Shown here in pieces: positions 1-11,400 of a stretch of DNA of 64,000 bases (the first letter of the stretch is position 1; the number at the start of each line of letters is the position of its first letter). The position numbers and the translations under genes were made by a program. The stretch covers positions 384,001 to 448,000 of the forward strand of contig JAVJQW010000012.1 in assembly GCA_040218735.1 (NCBI GenBank), given 5' to 3'. This stretch comes from Deltaproteobacteria bacterium. GTDB taxonomy: Bacteria > Myxococcota > Kuafuiibacteriia > Kuafuiibacteriales > Kuafuiibacteriaceae. The notes under the pieces are model-generated. The model was not told the origin of the DNA. It searched no databases and worked only from the letters and a program-made list of their open reading frames with translations.

Positions 1-961
1 CGTAGGGCTTCTTGATCGCCGACTTGAAGAGCGCGAGCGGCTTCGGCTCGAAGCCGAGCTTCGTCATGTCGAGCTGCAAGGACCCCTTGTCGAGGAGCCG
101 CAGCACGATCTTCTCGCCGAACAGCGTCGGCAGACACGAGACGCGGTAGTCCATCTCGCGGCCCTTGCCGAGCTTGAGCTTGATGCGACCGTCCTGCGGG
201 AGTCGTCGCTCGGCGATGTCGAGCTGCGACATGATCTTCACGCGCGACGTGATCGCGTTCTTGAGCTTCAGCGGCGGCTTCATCATCTCGTAGAGCACGC
301 CGTCGATACGGTAGCGGACGCGGAAGTCCTTCTCGTAGGGCTCGATGTGAATGTCCGAGGCGCCCTTCTTGATCGCGTCGATCAGGATCAGGTTCACCAG
401 CTTGACGACCGGTGCGTCCTCCGCGGAGCGCTCGAGGTCGACGACGTTCACCGAGTCGTCTTCACCGCCGACTTCGATCTCGTCCTCGTCGAACTCGGCC
501 ATCACCTCGTCGTAGTTGAGCTCGGTCGCGCCCTGCCGACCGCCGTAGTACTTCTCGATCGATTCGCGAATCGCGCCGTCCGACGCGACGACGACCTCGA
601 TGTTGTAGCCGGTGAGGAACTTCAGGTCGTCGATGGCGAAGATGTTCGACGGGTCCGCCATCGCCACGATCAGCGACGCGCCCGCGCGGTTCACCGGGAT
701 GACCTGGTGTTTCTCGGCGACCTCCTGCGGCACGAGCTTGATCACCTCCGGATCGATCTCGAACTCCGACAGGTTGATCGAAGGGACGCCGTACTGCTTG
801 GAGAGGAACTGCGTCAGCTCGCTCTCTTCGATGTACCCGAGCTTCGTGAGGTTGAAGCCCAGACGGCCGCCGCCCTTGCGTTGCTCCTCCTGCGCTTTTT
901 GAAGCTGCTGGAGCGTGATCAGGTTTTCGCGAACGAGCAGCTCGCCCAGACGACCCGGCAT
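1..961 (-). CDS. pilB: Type IV pilus assembly ATPase PilB (5' part; runs off window start)
   Basis: Manual translation from CAT at 959-961: MPGRLGELLVRENLI... (MshEN-like N-terminus), then ASDIHIEPYEKDFRVRYRIDGVL, LDIAERRLPQDGRI and PTLFGEKIVLRLLD, all PilB/GspE motifs. Absent from the ORF track because there is no stop in the window. Confidence 0.95.
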   Translation of the reverse strand, partial: MPGRLGELLVRENLITLQQLQKAQEEQRKGGGRLGFNLTKLGYIEESELTQFLSKQYGVPSINLSEFEIDPEVIKLVPQEVAEKHQVIPVNRAGASLIVAMADPSNIFAIDDLKFLTGYNIEVVVASDGAIRESIEKYYGGRQGATELNYDEVMAEFDEDEIEVGGEDDSVNVVDLERSAEDAPVVKLVNLILIDAIKKGASDIHIEPYEKDFRVRYRIDGVLYEMMKPPLKLKNAITSRVKIMSQLDIAERRLPQDGRIKLKLGKGREMDYRVSCLPTLFGEKIVLRLLDKGSLQLDMTKLGFEPKPLALFKSAIKKPY

Positions 962-974
962 AGGAGAGGCGAGG

Positions 975-1808
975 CTAATCTCGCCCAGGGTGGGAGTCAA
1001 AATGGGGTGGGAGTGCGAGCGAAGCCCGCATCGCCTCGCGGATGCGCGAAAGCTCCCCGCCGGTCCACAGGCTGAGGGAGAGGGCGCCCTGCTCCGCGAG
1101 CATCGCGCGCCCGTCGAAGGCCGTCAGACCCGCGGAACGGGCCAGGAGCGCGAGGGGGCTCTCGCGGTCGACGCCTCCGTACGCAAGATCGCACACGATC
1201 GGGCGCTGACCGTCGTCCACCCAGGCTTCGAGGACCCGTTTGGCCAGGTCCCCGTCGCCGGGGATCGCCGAAATCACCAGGGTGACCCCGTCGATCGGCT
1301 CCATCGGGTGGGCCGTCCCCCCCGCGAGGTCGGCCACGGCCTCGGCCCCCCGCCGCGCCGTCACGTGGACGGCACCGGTGTTCAGCTGGGCGACCGCCCA
1401 CGCCGCGGCCTTCGCCGCCCCCCCCGAACCGAGGATCTGCACCCGGTCGAAGACCCCCGGCGGGAGCTGCGAGAGGACCCGGAGCAGCCCGGGGCCGTCC
1501 GTGTTGTCCCCCTGGATCCGCCCGTCGGACGCAAACGTGAGCGTGTTGACCGCCCCGATCTGCCGCGCCGTGTTGGAGACGTTGTCGGCGAGCGCAAACG
1601 CGGGCGCCTTGTAAGGGATCGTCACGTTGGCGCCGAGCGCGCCGATGCACCGCAGCGCATCCACCGCGAGCCCGAAGTGCGTCGAGTCGCGGACGGAGAT
1701 CGGGACGTAGGCGACGTCGAGCGAGAGCGCCTCGGCCGCCGCGCGGTGGATCCGCGGCGACAAGGACTGGGAGACGTCCCGCCCGATCACTGCGAGGAGG
1801 CGTCGCAC
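975..1808 (-). CDS. aroE: Shikimate dehydrogenase
   Basis: SLSPRIH, GANVTIPYK, IGAVNT, GDNTDGPG, GSGGAA and DGRAMLAEQGA motifs. Confidence 0.93.
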   Translation of the reverse strand: MRRLLAVIGRDVSQSLSPRIHRAAAEALSLDVAYVPISVRDSTHFGLAVDALRCIGALGANVTIPYKAPAFALADNVSNTARQIGAVNTLTFASDGRIQGDNTDGPGLLRVLSQLPPGVFDRVQILGSGGAAKAAAWAVAQLNTGAVHVTARRGAEAVADLAGGTAHPMEPIDGVTLVISAIPGDGDLAKRVLEAWVDDGQRPIVCDLAYGGVDRESPLALLARSAGLTAFDGRAMLAEQGALSLSLWTGGELSRIREAMRASLALPPHFDSHPGRD

Positions 1809-1811
1809 GGC

Positions 1812-2738
1812 TCAGGCTCCGAGCGCGGCGCGCGCGGCGTCGACGTCGCGGGCGAGCTGCGCCTTCAGGGCGTCGATGCCGTCGAAGCGGCGCTCGTCCC
1901 GAAGGCGCGCCACGAAGTCGACCTCGATCAGTCGCCCATACAGATCCCCGGACCAATCGAGGAGGAAGGTCTCGACGGTGGGGCGGGTCCCGTCGAAGGT
2001 CGGGCGCACGCCGACGTTCGTCACGGCGTCGTGAAGCGCCCCCTCGTAGCGGACGCGCGTCGCGTACACGCCGTTCGCCGGGAGCAGCTCCGAGTCGGGG
2101 CTCAGGTTCGCGGTCGGGAAGCCGATCGTGCGTCCCCGTTTGTCCCCTTCGACGACCGTCCCCGCCAGTGCGAAGTCACGGCCGAGCAACGTGTGCGCCG
2201 CGGCGACGTTGCCCTCCAGGAGGTACTCCCGGATCGCCGTGCTCGACGCGACGACGGTGCCGCTCTCGACGGGCTCCACGACCTCGACCTCGAACCCGTG
2301 CTTCGCGCCGCTCGCCTTCAGGTGGTTCGTGTCGCCGCCCCGTTTGTGGCCGTAGAAGAAGTTGAACCCGACGACGACGTGTCTCGGGTGGAGCGCACGT
2401 ACGAGGTAGTTCGCGACGAACGCGTCGGCGGTGACCTGCGCGAACGCGGCGTCGAACGGCTCGACGAGCACGTGGTCCAACCCCGCCGCGCGCATCAAGG
2501 CGGCGCGACGCTCGATCGACACCAAGAGCTTCGGCGCCATCGTCGGCGCGATGATCTTCGCGGGGTGCGGGTAGAACGTGTAGCCGACGGACGGGACACC
2601 GAGCTGCTTCGCGGCGTCCACGGCGCGGCGGATCAACGCCTGGTGCCCCAGGTGCACGCCGTCGAACGCGCCGAGTGTGACGACGGAGCCGTCCAGCGGC
2701 GGGTCGACGGAAGCGGCACCGTGCAGGACGTCGACCAT
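1812..2738 (-). CDS. ribF: Bifunctional riboflavin kinase/FAD synthetase
   Basis: GAFDGVHLGHQ, SSTAIR, GRTIGFPTAN and NVGVRPTF motifs. Start moved to ATG 2738; the ORF-track extension is antisense to the next gene. Confidence 0.95.
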   Translation of the reverse strand: MVDVLHGAASVDPPLDGSVVTLGAFDGVHLGHQALIRRAVDAAKQLGVPSVGYTFYPHPAKIIAPTMAPKLLVSIERRAALMRAAGLDHVLVEPFDAAFAQVTADAFVANYLVRALHPRHVVVGFNFFYGHKRGGDTNHLKASGAKHGFEVEVVEPVESGTVVASSTAIREYLLEGNVAAAHTLLGRDFALAGTVVEGDKRGRTIGFPTANLSPDSELLPANGVYATRVRYEGALHDAVTNVGVRPTFDGTRPTVETFLLDWSGDLYGRLIEVDFVARLRDERRFDGIDALKAQLARDVDAARAALGA

Positions 2739-2756
2739 CGGCCGCGGTTGTAGCCG

Positions 2757-3509
2757 ATGGCGCAGTCCGAGGGAAATGTCGTTCGCGCGCCAGACCGTTG
2801 TCTTTACGTGCGCTGGTGGATCGGAGGCCTCGTCGTGCTCGCGTTGCCCTACGGCGTGTTGCAGCTCCTCGAGCGTGGCGTCGTCTGGTTCAACGCGCCG
2901 TCGCGCGCGACCTACCCGATCCGCGGTCTCGACGTGTCTCATCACCAGGGCCGGATCGATTGGTCGCGGGTCGCGGGCGTCGACTTCGTCTACGTCAAGG
3001 CGACCGAAGGGGGCGATCACCGCGACACGCGCTTCGCGGAGAACTTCGACGGCGCGCGCCGCGCCGGGCTCCCGCGAGGGGCGTACCACTTCTTCACGTT
3101 CTGCCGCTCCGGGCGCGTTCAGGCGGACAACTTCGCCGCCGTGGTCCCGACCGACGCGGAGCTCCCGATGGCCGTCGATCTCGAATTCGGCGGCAACTGT
3201 ACGCGCCGCCCCTCGTGGGTCGAGCTGCGCAACGAGCTCACGACGTTCGTCGACACGATCGAAGCCCGCTACGGCGAGCCGCCGGTGCTCTACGTGACCG
3301 AGGAGCTCCTCGCGCTCTACCCCGTCGACACCCTCGGGCTCCCGATCTGGATCCGGTCCGTCTACACCGAGCCCAAGCGAACGTGGTCGCTGTGGCAGTA
3401 CCACTGCCGCGCGCGTGTCGACGGGATCGAGGGTCCGGTGGATCTGAACGTCGCGACCGAGACCTGGTGGACCGCGCAGCTCAGGCCGCGCGCTCGAACA
3501 GCGTCGTGA
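2757..3509 (+). CDS. Glycoside hydrolase family 25 (lysozyme/muramidase) with N-terminal membrane anchor
   Basis: GLDVSHHQGRIDW, FVYVKATEG, GAYHFF, VDLE (DxE), WQY and VDLN motifs. Confidence 0.9.
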   Translation: MAQSEGNVVRAPDRCLYVRWWIGGLVVLALPYGVLQLLERGVVWFNAPSRATYPIRGLDVSHHQGRIDWSRVAGVDFVYVKATEGGDHRDTRFAENFDGARRAGLPRGAYHFFTFCRSGRVQADNFAAVVPTDAELPMAVDLEFGGNCTRRPSWVELRNELTTFVDTIEARYGEPPVLYVTEELLALYPVDTLGLPIWIRSVYTEPKRTWSLWQYHCRARVDGIEGPVDLNVATETWWTAQLRPRARTAS

Positions 3510-4623
3510 GCGTCATCGTCTGGTTGTGGAGCTGGCAAGGACCAGCGCGATGCGGAGACAGCTCACCGTAGGAGTAGAAGCCGACGAGCGTCGTCCCGGC
3601 CGGCAGCTCGTCGAGCGCCGACTCGACCTCCTCCTCGACACGCTCTCCGAGCACCAGGCGGCGCCCCACACAGCTCACCGCGATCGATAGCGAGTCCCCC
3701 TGAACGTCGATGATGCGCTCGGAGGTCTGCTGTCCCGCGACCATCGCACCGTCGATCAGACCTTCGAGGCTCGCCCGCATCAGACGGACACGAACGCCCT
3801 CCGGGATGTCCCCGGCGAAGGTCATCGACTGCTGCGCTTCGTCGATGGCGAGCACGGTCCGCACGACGGGCTCGTCGCCCTCCGCCTTCATCGCGAGCGG
3901 AAACAGCAGCGCGTTCGCAGGCAGCCCCGCCGCGAGCTCGCCGAGGTACTCCTTGTAGACCTCCAGCGCCGGGCGCCCGTCGAGCTCGTACAACACGTTG
4001 CCCTCGGAGCGGGTCACGCGCCACCGCATCCCGAAGCCATCCCAACCGCTCCCGTAGCCGTGGCCGAGCTCGAGCGCATCGGAGTAGAAGCCGACGCCCG
4101 CGACGCTCTTGTTCCGCCGCTCGCCGTCGACGACGATCCAGGTCTCCTCGAACCGATCACCGTCGCCGGCGAGGCCTCCGGTGATCACGACGTCGGTGGG
4201 CGCGGACGCGCACATGCCTTCGGTCAGCTTCGAACCGTTCACGTCGCGCCCATCGGACAGCACGTAGACGCCGCGGAGGTCTTCCCCGACGAGCTCGTCG
4301 ACGAGGCGGCGCCCCGCGTCGAAGGACTCCGATGCGTCGGCGAGCGCGACGCTGACGAGCCGCAACGTCGTGCGCTCGAAACACGCCACCGCGACGACGA
4401 TGCCACGTTCCTGAAGCGTACCGGCCCCGATGGCTCCGGCGGTCGAGCAGCCCAGGATCTTCGACCTGCCAAAGGCCTTCTGCAGCGCACGCCAGGCCGG
4501 TTCACTCCCGTCGAGGCCGTCGGTCGCGAAGGCGAGGACCAGAGTGTTGGGACCGTCGAGCGCCGCGACTTCGTCGGCGACCGTCGTAGCGTCGGCTTGG
4601 ATCGTGAACGATTTGGTCTTCAT
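3481..4623 (-). CDS. FIST-domain signal transduction protein (NosP-like)
   Basis: [34 protein letters not shown] and [10 protein letters not shown]...LHNQTMT, typical of FIST_N/FIST_C. Confidence 0.9.
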   Translation of the reverse strand: MKTKSFTIQADATTVADEVAALDGPNTLVLAFATDGLDGSEPAWRALQKAFGRSKILGCSTAGAIGAGTLQERGIVVAVACFERTTLRLVSVALADASESFDAGRRLVDELVGEDLRGVYVLSDGRDVNGSKLTEGMCASAPTDVVITGGLAGDGDRFEETWIVVDGERRNKSVAGVGFYSDALELGHGYGSGWDGFGMRWRVTRSEGNVLYELDGRPALEVYKEYLGELAAGLPANALLFPLAMKAEGDEPVVRTVLAIDEAQQSMTFAGDIPEGVRVRLMRASLEGLIDGAMVAGQQTSERIIDVQGDSLSIAVSCVGRRLVLGERVEEEVESALDELPAGTTLVGFYSYGELSPHRAGPCQLHNQTMTLTTLFERAA

Positions 4624-6386
4624 GCGGACTCCTTCAGCGTGAGCGGGAGCTCATCGCTCGTGTGGCGGCGAATGGTCTCGAGCAGCTCTTGGGAACGGAC
4701 GGGTTTGGCGATGTAGTCGTCCATCGTCGCCTCGCGGCACCGCTCGCGGTCGCCCTCCATCACGTTGGCGGTGAGGGCGATGATCGGTGTGTCGTGGTTG
4801 TGCTCCGTCTCCCGAATCCGGAGCGACGCGGCGTAGCCGTCGAGCACCGGCATCTGGCAGTCCATGAGGATCACGTCGAAGGGGCGCTCACGTGCACGCT
4901 CCACCGCGACGACCCCGTTCTCGGCCACGACGACCGCGTGCCCCGCGCGATCGAGGATGCGCGTCGTCACGAGCTGGTTCACCTTGTTGTCCTCGACGAG
5001 GAGGACGTCGAGGGGCGCTTCGTGGCCGGGCGCGAGCTCGTCGACCGGTATGGAACGCTTGACCGGCGCAGTGCCGAGCGTCGTCGTGGCGGCGCGGTGC
5101 AAGCTGGCTTGCTTGACGGGCTTGTGGAGTACCCCCGCAAACAGCCGATCGTTCCTCGGTGCGGTCGAGGGTCTCCGCGTCGAGAGCACGACCGAGGCGT
5201 CCGCGTGGCCCTCGATCCTCTGGAGGGCGTGGACGAACTGCCGAGCCGCGTCGTCTTCGGCTTCGTGTTCGAGGATCACGAGCCCGAACGGCGCACTGCA
5301 CTGCTCGGCATAGGTCAGCGCCTCCGCGGCGCTCGCCACGGCGACGGGTTCGATGCCCCACGCGGACAGCAGCTCGACGCAGCCCGCACGGACGATGGCC
5401 GAGCGGTCGACGACGAGCGCGCGCTGCCCTTCGAAGGCAATGTCGAGCGTCGAGGGTGGGCGTTCTCGGTGACCGCGCTCGAGGCGCAGGCGAACCACGA
5501 AGGTCGAACCGACGCCCTCCTCGCTCTGTACGGTGATCGAGCCCCCCATCTGCTCGACGAGACCCGCACAGATGGCGAGGCCCAAGCCGGTCCCACCGAA
5601 GCGACGGGTCGTCGATGCGTCGGCCTGAGTGAAGGGCTGAAAGAGGCGGTCGATCTGGTCCTCGGACATTCCGATGCCCGTGTCCTCGACGGAGAACGTG
5701 AGGTCGACGTCCTCCCCTTCGGCCTCCGTGGACGCGACGGTGAGTGTGACGTGCCCTCGCTCGGTGAACTTCACCGCATTGCTGAGGAGGTTCAGCAGGA
5801 TCTGGCGAACGCGGACGAGATCCCCCCGAACCCAGCTGGAGACCGTCCGCGGGGTCACGACGACGAGGTCCAACCCCTTCTTGCGCGCCGTAGCGCCCAG
5901 GATGTCCACGAGGTCGTCGGTCAGGCGGACGAGATCGAAGTCGATCTGTTCGAGGTGGACGTGCCCCGCCTCGAGCTTCGAGAGATCGAGGATGTCGTTG
6001 AGCACGGTCAACAGCGCGTCGGCGCAGCTTCCGATCCCTTGGACGTACTCGGCTTGTTCTTCATCGAGCTCCGTCACCCGGAGCAGCGAAGCCAGTCCGA
6101 TCACGCCGTTCAGCGGAGTCCGAATCTCGTGGCTCATGTTCGCGAGGAACTCCGACTTCGCGCGAGCGCCGGCGAGCGCTTCGTCGCGAGCGAGCTCGAG
6201 GTCGTCCGCCAGCGTCGTCAGCTCCCGCTCCGCCAGTGACTGGGCGCGCTCGCGCAGATAACGTTCCTGGTCATTCTGGGTGTACGCGTCGCTGATGCGC
6301 GCGAGGAGCGTCGCCCAAGCCGCCGCGTCCGGAGGGTCGTCGCCGAGCCCGAGTTTTCGCAGCTGCCTTTGGAGAAGCCGATGCAC
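4620..6386 (-). CDS. Cytoplasmic hybrid histidine kinase (HisKA-HATPase-degenerate REC-REC)
   Basis: [30 protein letters not shown] and GGTGLGL; terminal receiver LLVEDNKVN...ILMDCQMP...KP. GTG start at 6386 inferred. Confidence 0.92.
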   Translation of the reverse strand: MHRLLQRQLRKLGLGDDPPDAAAWATLLARISDAYTQNDQERYLRERAQSLAERELTTLADDLELARDEALAGARAKSEFLANMSHEIRTPLNGVIGLASLLRVTELDEEQAEYVQGIGSCADALLTVLNDILDLSKLEAGHVHLEQIDFDLVRLTDDLVDILGATARKKGLDLVVVTPRTVSSWVRGDLVRVRQILLNLLSNAVKFTERGHVTLTVASTEAEGEDVDLTFSVEDTGIGMSEDQIDRLFQPFTQADASTTRRFGGTGLGLAICAGLVEQMGGSITVQSEEGVGSTFVVRLRLERGHRERPPSTLDIAFEGQRALVVDRSAIVRAGCVELLSAWGIEPVAVASAAEALTYAEQCSAPFGLVILEHEAEDDAARQFVHALQRIEGHADASVVLSTRRPSTAPRNDRLFAGVLHKPVKQASLHRAATTTLGTAPVKRSIPVDELAPGHEAPLDVLLVEDNKVNQLVTTRILDRAGHAVVVAENGVVAVERARERPFDVILMDCQMPVLDGYAASLRIRETEHNHDTPIIALTANVMEGDRERCREATMDDYIAKPVRSQELLETIRRHTSDELPLTLKESA

Positions 6387-6513
6387 GCCTTCACTCGAAC
6401 TCGGCGCGCTGTGGGTCGAGCTGAAGCGCGCGTCCGGTGGATCGCCCCGGGTTGAGGCAGTGCAAGGCGTCGAACGGCTTCGCAAGCCCCGGTCGTCGTG
6501 TTACGTGGCCGGC

Positions 6514-7311
6514 GTGCAGGACCCGTGGGGGACGAAGGAAGTGCCGGTCGACCAGATGGGTCGGTGGCGCATCGGTCCGCTGACGCTGCACGTCGCGCGC
6601 AAGGGCCACGAGTGGCGGCTCGCGCACGAATACGCCGACGATCCGCTGACGTCCGGTGTCGAGGTCGAGGTGCCCATGCCGCCCCACGACCTGCTGGGGA
6701 CGGAGACCGTGCGTCGCTTCGGCGTCTCGAACCCGTCGTGTCGCCTCACGCTGACGCCGCAGCTCGCGGACCGCGCGGTGGTCACGCGCCCGGAGCACCC
6801 GTTCGTCGTCCCGCCGGGGGAGGCGTCCGTCGTCTACGTGACGGCGCCGCTCTGGGTGCACGTGTCTTACGGTCAGGACGAGGCGCTGCTCACCGAGATT
6901 CCGACGTTTCGTCTCTCGGACACCTGGTTCGGCCCGCCGAACAAACACGGTGAGCTCGCGTACGCGACGCGGACCTTCTGCCGAACGAGCGTCGACGAGC
7001 TCCAGATCCGCCCGCACCGCGCGCACACCCGCGTGATCATCGAGAACCGCTCGCCGCAGCCGCTCGACTTCGTCGAGGTGTCGCTGCCGATGCCCCGGCT
7101 CGATCTCTACCGTGCGCGCACCGGTGCCTTCTGGACGCAGGACGTCGGTCTGCTGCGCGAGTCCGGCGACGACTTCGCGGCGCTGCGCCTCGACGCGACG
7201 CGCCCCGGTGCCGCTCCGGAAGCCAAGCTCGTGACACGCGCGCGCCAGGCGTCGGAGTCCAACCTCGTGGTGCGTGCGTTCACTTCGCTGTTCGCGGGGA
7301 TGGGAGGGTGA
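6514..7311 (+). CDS. Conserved hypothetical protein, DUF432-like
   Basis: PQLADRAVVTRPEHPFVVPPGE and LSDTWFGP...GELAYA resemble DUF432 proteins found next to MscS. Start inferred. Confidence 0.6.
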   Translation: MQDPWGTKEVPVDQMGRWRIGPLTLHVARKGHEWRLAHEYADDPLTSGVEVEVPMPPHDLLGTETVRRFGVSNPSCRLTLTPQLADRAVVTRPEHPFVVPPGEASVVYVTAPLWVHVSYGQDEALLTEIPTFRLSDTWFGPPNKHGELAYATRTFCRTSVDELQIRPHRAHTRVIIENRSPQPLDFVEVSLPMPRLDLYRARTGAFWTQDVGLLRESGDDFAALRLDATRPGAAPEAKLVTRARQASESNLVVRAFTSLFAGMGG

Positions 7312-7312
7312 C

Positions 7313-8137
7313 GTGAACGAGCTCGTCGAGACCATCGCGGACTTCATGGGCATCGACGGCCTGCGTGCCGTCCTGCGCGCCGGGGTCGTGTTCATCGTGG
7401 GCCTCGCGCTCGCGATCTTCGTCCCGCGACGCATCCGCCACCTGAAGATGCAGCCCCAGCAGAGCCTGATCGTGCGCTCGGCGCTGCGTTACGGGCTCGT
7501 GATCATCACGGTGATCTGGACGCTGTCGTTGCTGGGCATCGATCTGTCCGTGCTGTTCGGCGCGGCTGGCATCCTCACCGTCGCGCTCGGCTTCGCGTCC
7601 CAGGCGTCGGCGTCCAACCTGATCAGCGGGCTCTTCTTGATGTTCGAGTCGCACTTCGTCGTCGGCGACATCATCACGGTCGGCGACATCACCGGCGAGG
7701 TCACCTCGATCGACCCGCTCTCCGTGAAGGTGCGGACGTTCCAGAACCTCGCGGTGCGCATCCCCAACGAGACGATGCTCAAGGCGAACGTCACCAACCT
7801 CAGCGGCTACCCGGTGCGGCGCTACGACATGCGACTGATGGTCGGGCACGGCGAGGACCTCGCGAAGGTCACGCGCGTGCTGCACGAGGCGGCGACGAAG
7901 ATCGAGATCTGCCTGCAGGAGCCGAAGCCGCTGATCATCTTCCAGGGTTGGGAGGAGCTGGGCCTCTCGATTCAGTTCTCGGTGTGGGCGACGCGCGTGA
8001 ACTATCTGGAGATGCTGAACCGCATGCACGTCGGCGTTCGGGACGCGTTCGCCGCGAACGACATCGAGGTGCCCGTGCTCCGGCGGGACGTGAACGTGAC
8101 GGGCGGCGCGGCCCGGGTCGAGCCGCGCGCACCTTGA
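7313..8137 (+). CDS. Small-conductance mechanosensitive channel (MscS family)
   Basis: Three TM segments; GAAGILTVALGFASQ...SNLISGLFL, VGDII and VRIPN motifs. GTG at 7313 follows GGGAGG. Confidence 0.92.
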   Translation: MNELVETIADFMGIDGLRAVLRAGVVFIVGLALAIFVPRRIRHLKMQPQQSLIVRSALRYGLVIITVIWTLSLLGIDLSVLFGAAGILTVALGFASQASASNLISGLFLMFESHFVVGDIITVGDITGEVTSIDPLSVKVRTFQNLAVRIPNETMLKANVTNLSGYPVRRYDMRLMVGHGEDLAKVTRVLHEAATKIEICLQEPKPLIIFQGWEELGLSIQFSVWATRVNYLEMLNRMHVGVRDAFAANDIEVPVLRRDVNVTGGAARVEPRAP

Positions 8138-8144
8138 CGGCCGG

Positions 8145-8399
8145 CTACCAGCCCTCGCCGCCCTCGTCTTCGACCTTCTCGGTCTCGATGTTCGCGCCGT
8201 CGGGCATGTCGACGACCGAGCGAGACATCTGGACCCCGACCTGCTCGAGGAGCTCCTTCTCCTGCTCCTGCTGAGCGAGCTGCTCGGTCTTCTTCTGCAG
8301 GGCGGCGCCAAACGACGTCTTCGGCGGTGCCTTCACGGGCGAGCGCTGAACGCGCATCGGCGTGGCGCCGCCGGTCTCTTTCGTCTTCATGCGGACCAT
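8145..8399 (-). CDS. Small hypothetical protein
   Basis: 84-aa ORF filling the gap, with natural Lys/Glu/Gln-rich composition. No recognisable motif. Confidence 0.55.
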   Translation of the reverse strand: MVRMKTKETGGATPMRVQRSPVKAPPKTSFGAALQKKTEQLAQQEQEKELLEQVGVQMSRSVVDMPDGANIETEKVEDEGGEGW

Positions 8400-8482
8400 C
8401 GTGCGGGACCGGCCCCCGAAAGCACAAGGGCCGCACCCGGCCGACGCTTCACGCGATCAGACATTCGAAGCATGATGCAGGC

Positions 8483-11400
8483 GTGCTCGGCGCTGCGCTG
8501 ACGGCCGTGACGCTGACGGCGATCGCGTTCAATCCGAACTGGCCTCCGGACCGGACCGACCTGCCGGCGGAGGCGTTCGCGCGCCCCGACGCGATGCCCG
8601 ACGACCCCGAGTTCGCGCCCGGGGTCGACGGCTGCGGCGGTCAGCACGGCCTCTACGGCTTCGTCCCGGACTGCGCGTCCAACGTCGCCGAGCCGCGCGT
8701 CGGCAGCGCCGTGGATCGCGCGTGGGTCTGGACGACCGGGCACCCCTCCGTGGTCATCGCGCCGCTCGGCGACGGCGTGGACTGGAGCGACGCGGACCTC
8801 GTCGGTCGGTGGGCGCTCGACCCGGGTGAGGTGCCCGCGCCCGAGACGAGCTCGGTCGCGGTCGGCCACGACGTGAACGGCGACGGGGCCTTCGACGTCC
8901 GCGACTACACCAACGCGACGGGGACCGTGGCCCCCACGCTGGACCGCGTGATCGACGCGACGCTCCTTGCGCGCGCAGACCGCGGCGACGTCAACGGAAA
9001 CGGGTTGCTCGATCCGCAAGACATCTTGCGCATCTTCTCGAACGGCGTCGACGACGATGGGGACGGCTACGTCGACGACATCGCCGGCTGGGATCACGTG
9101 GACGACGACAACGACCCCGGCGTCGTCGGTGGCGCGTCGCGCGCCGCGCGAACGATCGCCGGCCAGGCGAACAACGGCATCGGCGGCGCGGGGGTGTGCC
9201 CGGACTGTCGACTCCTCCCCCTGCGCGTGGCACGCCGCGGACGCGCCTTCGCGAACCCGCTCGCGCTCGCGCTGCGCTACGCGAGTGACCAGGGCGTCAC
9301 GGTCGTCGCGTCGTTCGTGGAGGCGCTCGAAGCCACCGCGCTCCTGGCGGCGGCCACGAACGACGCCATCGACGAGGGTGTCTTGATCGTCGCCGCGGCG
9401 GGCGTCGGTCCGCGCCGCCCCGTCGCATGGGATCCGGACCGCGTGCTGTTCGTCGGCGGCGTGGGTTACGACGCCGACGACGCGCGGGACGCCACGACCT
9501 CCCTCGCACCGGATCCCTGCGCGGGGTTCGGTGCTCACCTCGCGCTCGCCGGCCCGGGGCGTTGTGACGAAGGCGGCGCCGCGGTGGTCGCGGGGGTCGC
9601 GGCGCTGGTCGCCTCGGCGGCGCGCGGGATTCCGGAGCGGGGCGTCGCTCCGATCGCGGTCGGGCCCGACGCGTTGCGCACGCTCCTCACGTCGAGCGCG
9701 GAGGACGTGCGGCCGGAGGAGACGGAGGCCCCCGCGCTGAGCCCCGCGACCGCGACGCGACGCGGGTGGGACGAACGCACCGGCGCCGGCCGCGTGGATG
9801 CGCTCGCGGCCATCGAAGCGCTCGTCCGGCGCGAGCTGCCCAGCGCGGCGCGCATCACGACGCCGCCGTGGTACGCGGTGATCGATCCGACGACCACGAA
9901 CCGGCTCCGCGTCGCCGGGCCCGTCGAAGTCACCGACGGCGAGCGTGTCACGTGGACCCTTGCGGCGGCTGCGGGCGCCGAGCCCGAGCTCGACACGTTC
10001 CAAACCATCGCGAGCGGGACGATCGAGACCTCTTCCGAGGTCGAGGGTGAGCTCGACGTGATCGGCCTCTTCGCGGACACGGCTGCGGCGGCGCGGACGC
10101 TCGGCGCCTACCAGGTGACGGTGCAGCTGAGCACCCGACGCACGATGGACGGTGAAGCGATCGTCGGCGAGACGCGGCGGGCGTTCTCCGTGCACCGAGA
10201 CCTCGCGCTCCTCCCCGGCTACCCTGTGGACGTCGGCGCGGGCGTGGTCAGCGGACCGCGCGTCGTGGAGCTCGACGGCGCGCCGCACGTCGTGGTCGCG
10301 ACGGTCGACGGGGAGCTGCTCGCGTACGATCGCTTCGGCGAACGCTCCGAGCTGCTGAACGTGCAGACGCCGACGTCGACGCGAACCGGGGCGCGCGAGG
10401 TGATCTTCGCGACGTTCTCCGCGGCGATGGACGACGGGCCGTGGTTCGTCGTCCGCGGGCTGCAAGGTACGTTGACGGTCGTGGATCCGTCGGGGACCTC
10501 ACGGACGATCGTCGAGGCGTCCGGGTTCGGCGCCACGTCGTCCCCCGCGCTGTTCGATCTCGACGGCGACGGCGCGTTCGAGATCATCACGTCACGCGGC
10601 TTCGACGTGTTCGTACGACGACGGGACGGGGCGGTCGTGGACGGTTGGCCGCAGCGTGTGGACGGCGCATCCGGGACCCCGTCGATCGGTGACGTCGATG
10701 GGGACGGCGCCGCGGAGATCGTCGTGGCGACGGCGACGCAGATCTACGTGTTCGAAGCGGACGGAACGCTCACCGACGACGCGCCGCTCCGCCTGCCGGT
10801 CCCGGACGTCGCTCCGCCGGCTCGTTTCTTCGCACCGTCCGCCGCGTTGGGAGATCTCGACGGCGACGGGCGCCTCGACATCGTCGCGCCCGTGCTCGGC
10901 GGCGCCGCGGTCCAGGTCGACACCGGCGCGCGCACCGTGACCACGGCGCGTTCGACCTCGCGCGGCGTGGACGTCGCGGCCGAGGGCCCCCCGCTCGTCG
11001 GAGCGACGAACGCCGTGGCGCTGGGCCGCATCGCCGGCGACAGCCCGAGCACGGTGCTGATGCTCGCGTCGGTGCCGACCCTCGGGGGCCTCGGGGCGGC
11101 GGAGGTCGCGGAGCGCGCGGTGGGTTCGTTCGACGATGACGGCGACCTCGAGACCGGCTTCCCGCGCGCGATCGAAGGCGGCTCGGAGCTCGATGTGCTG
11201 CTCGCGGACATCGACGGCGACGGCCGACCAGAGCTCCTCTTCTCGGAAGCCGACCGCCTCCGCGCGGTCGCCTACGACGGCTCGCGCCCGCCCGGGTTCG
11301 CCAAGCTCACCGGCGACGAGGTCGTGGCGACGCCCGTCGTCGAGGACCTCGACGGCGATGGGTTGTTGGAGCTCGTCGCGGTCACCCGCACCGGTCGCCT

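Noticed and set aside
347-2753. Plus-strand ORFs 347-1075 and 915-2753
   Set aside because: Shadows of pilB, aroE and ribF on the minus strand.
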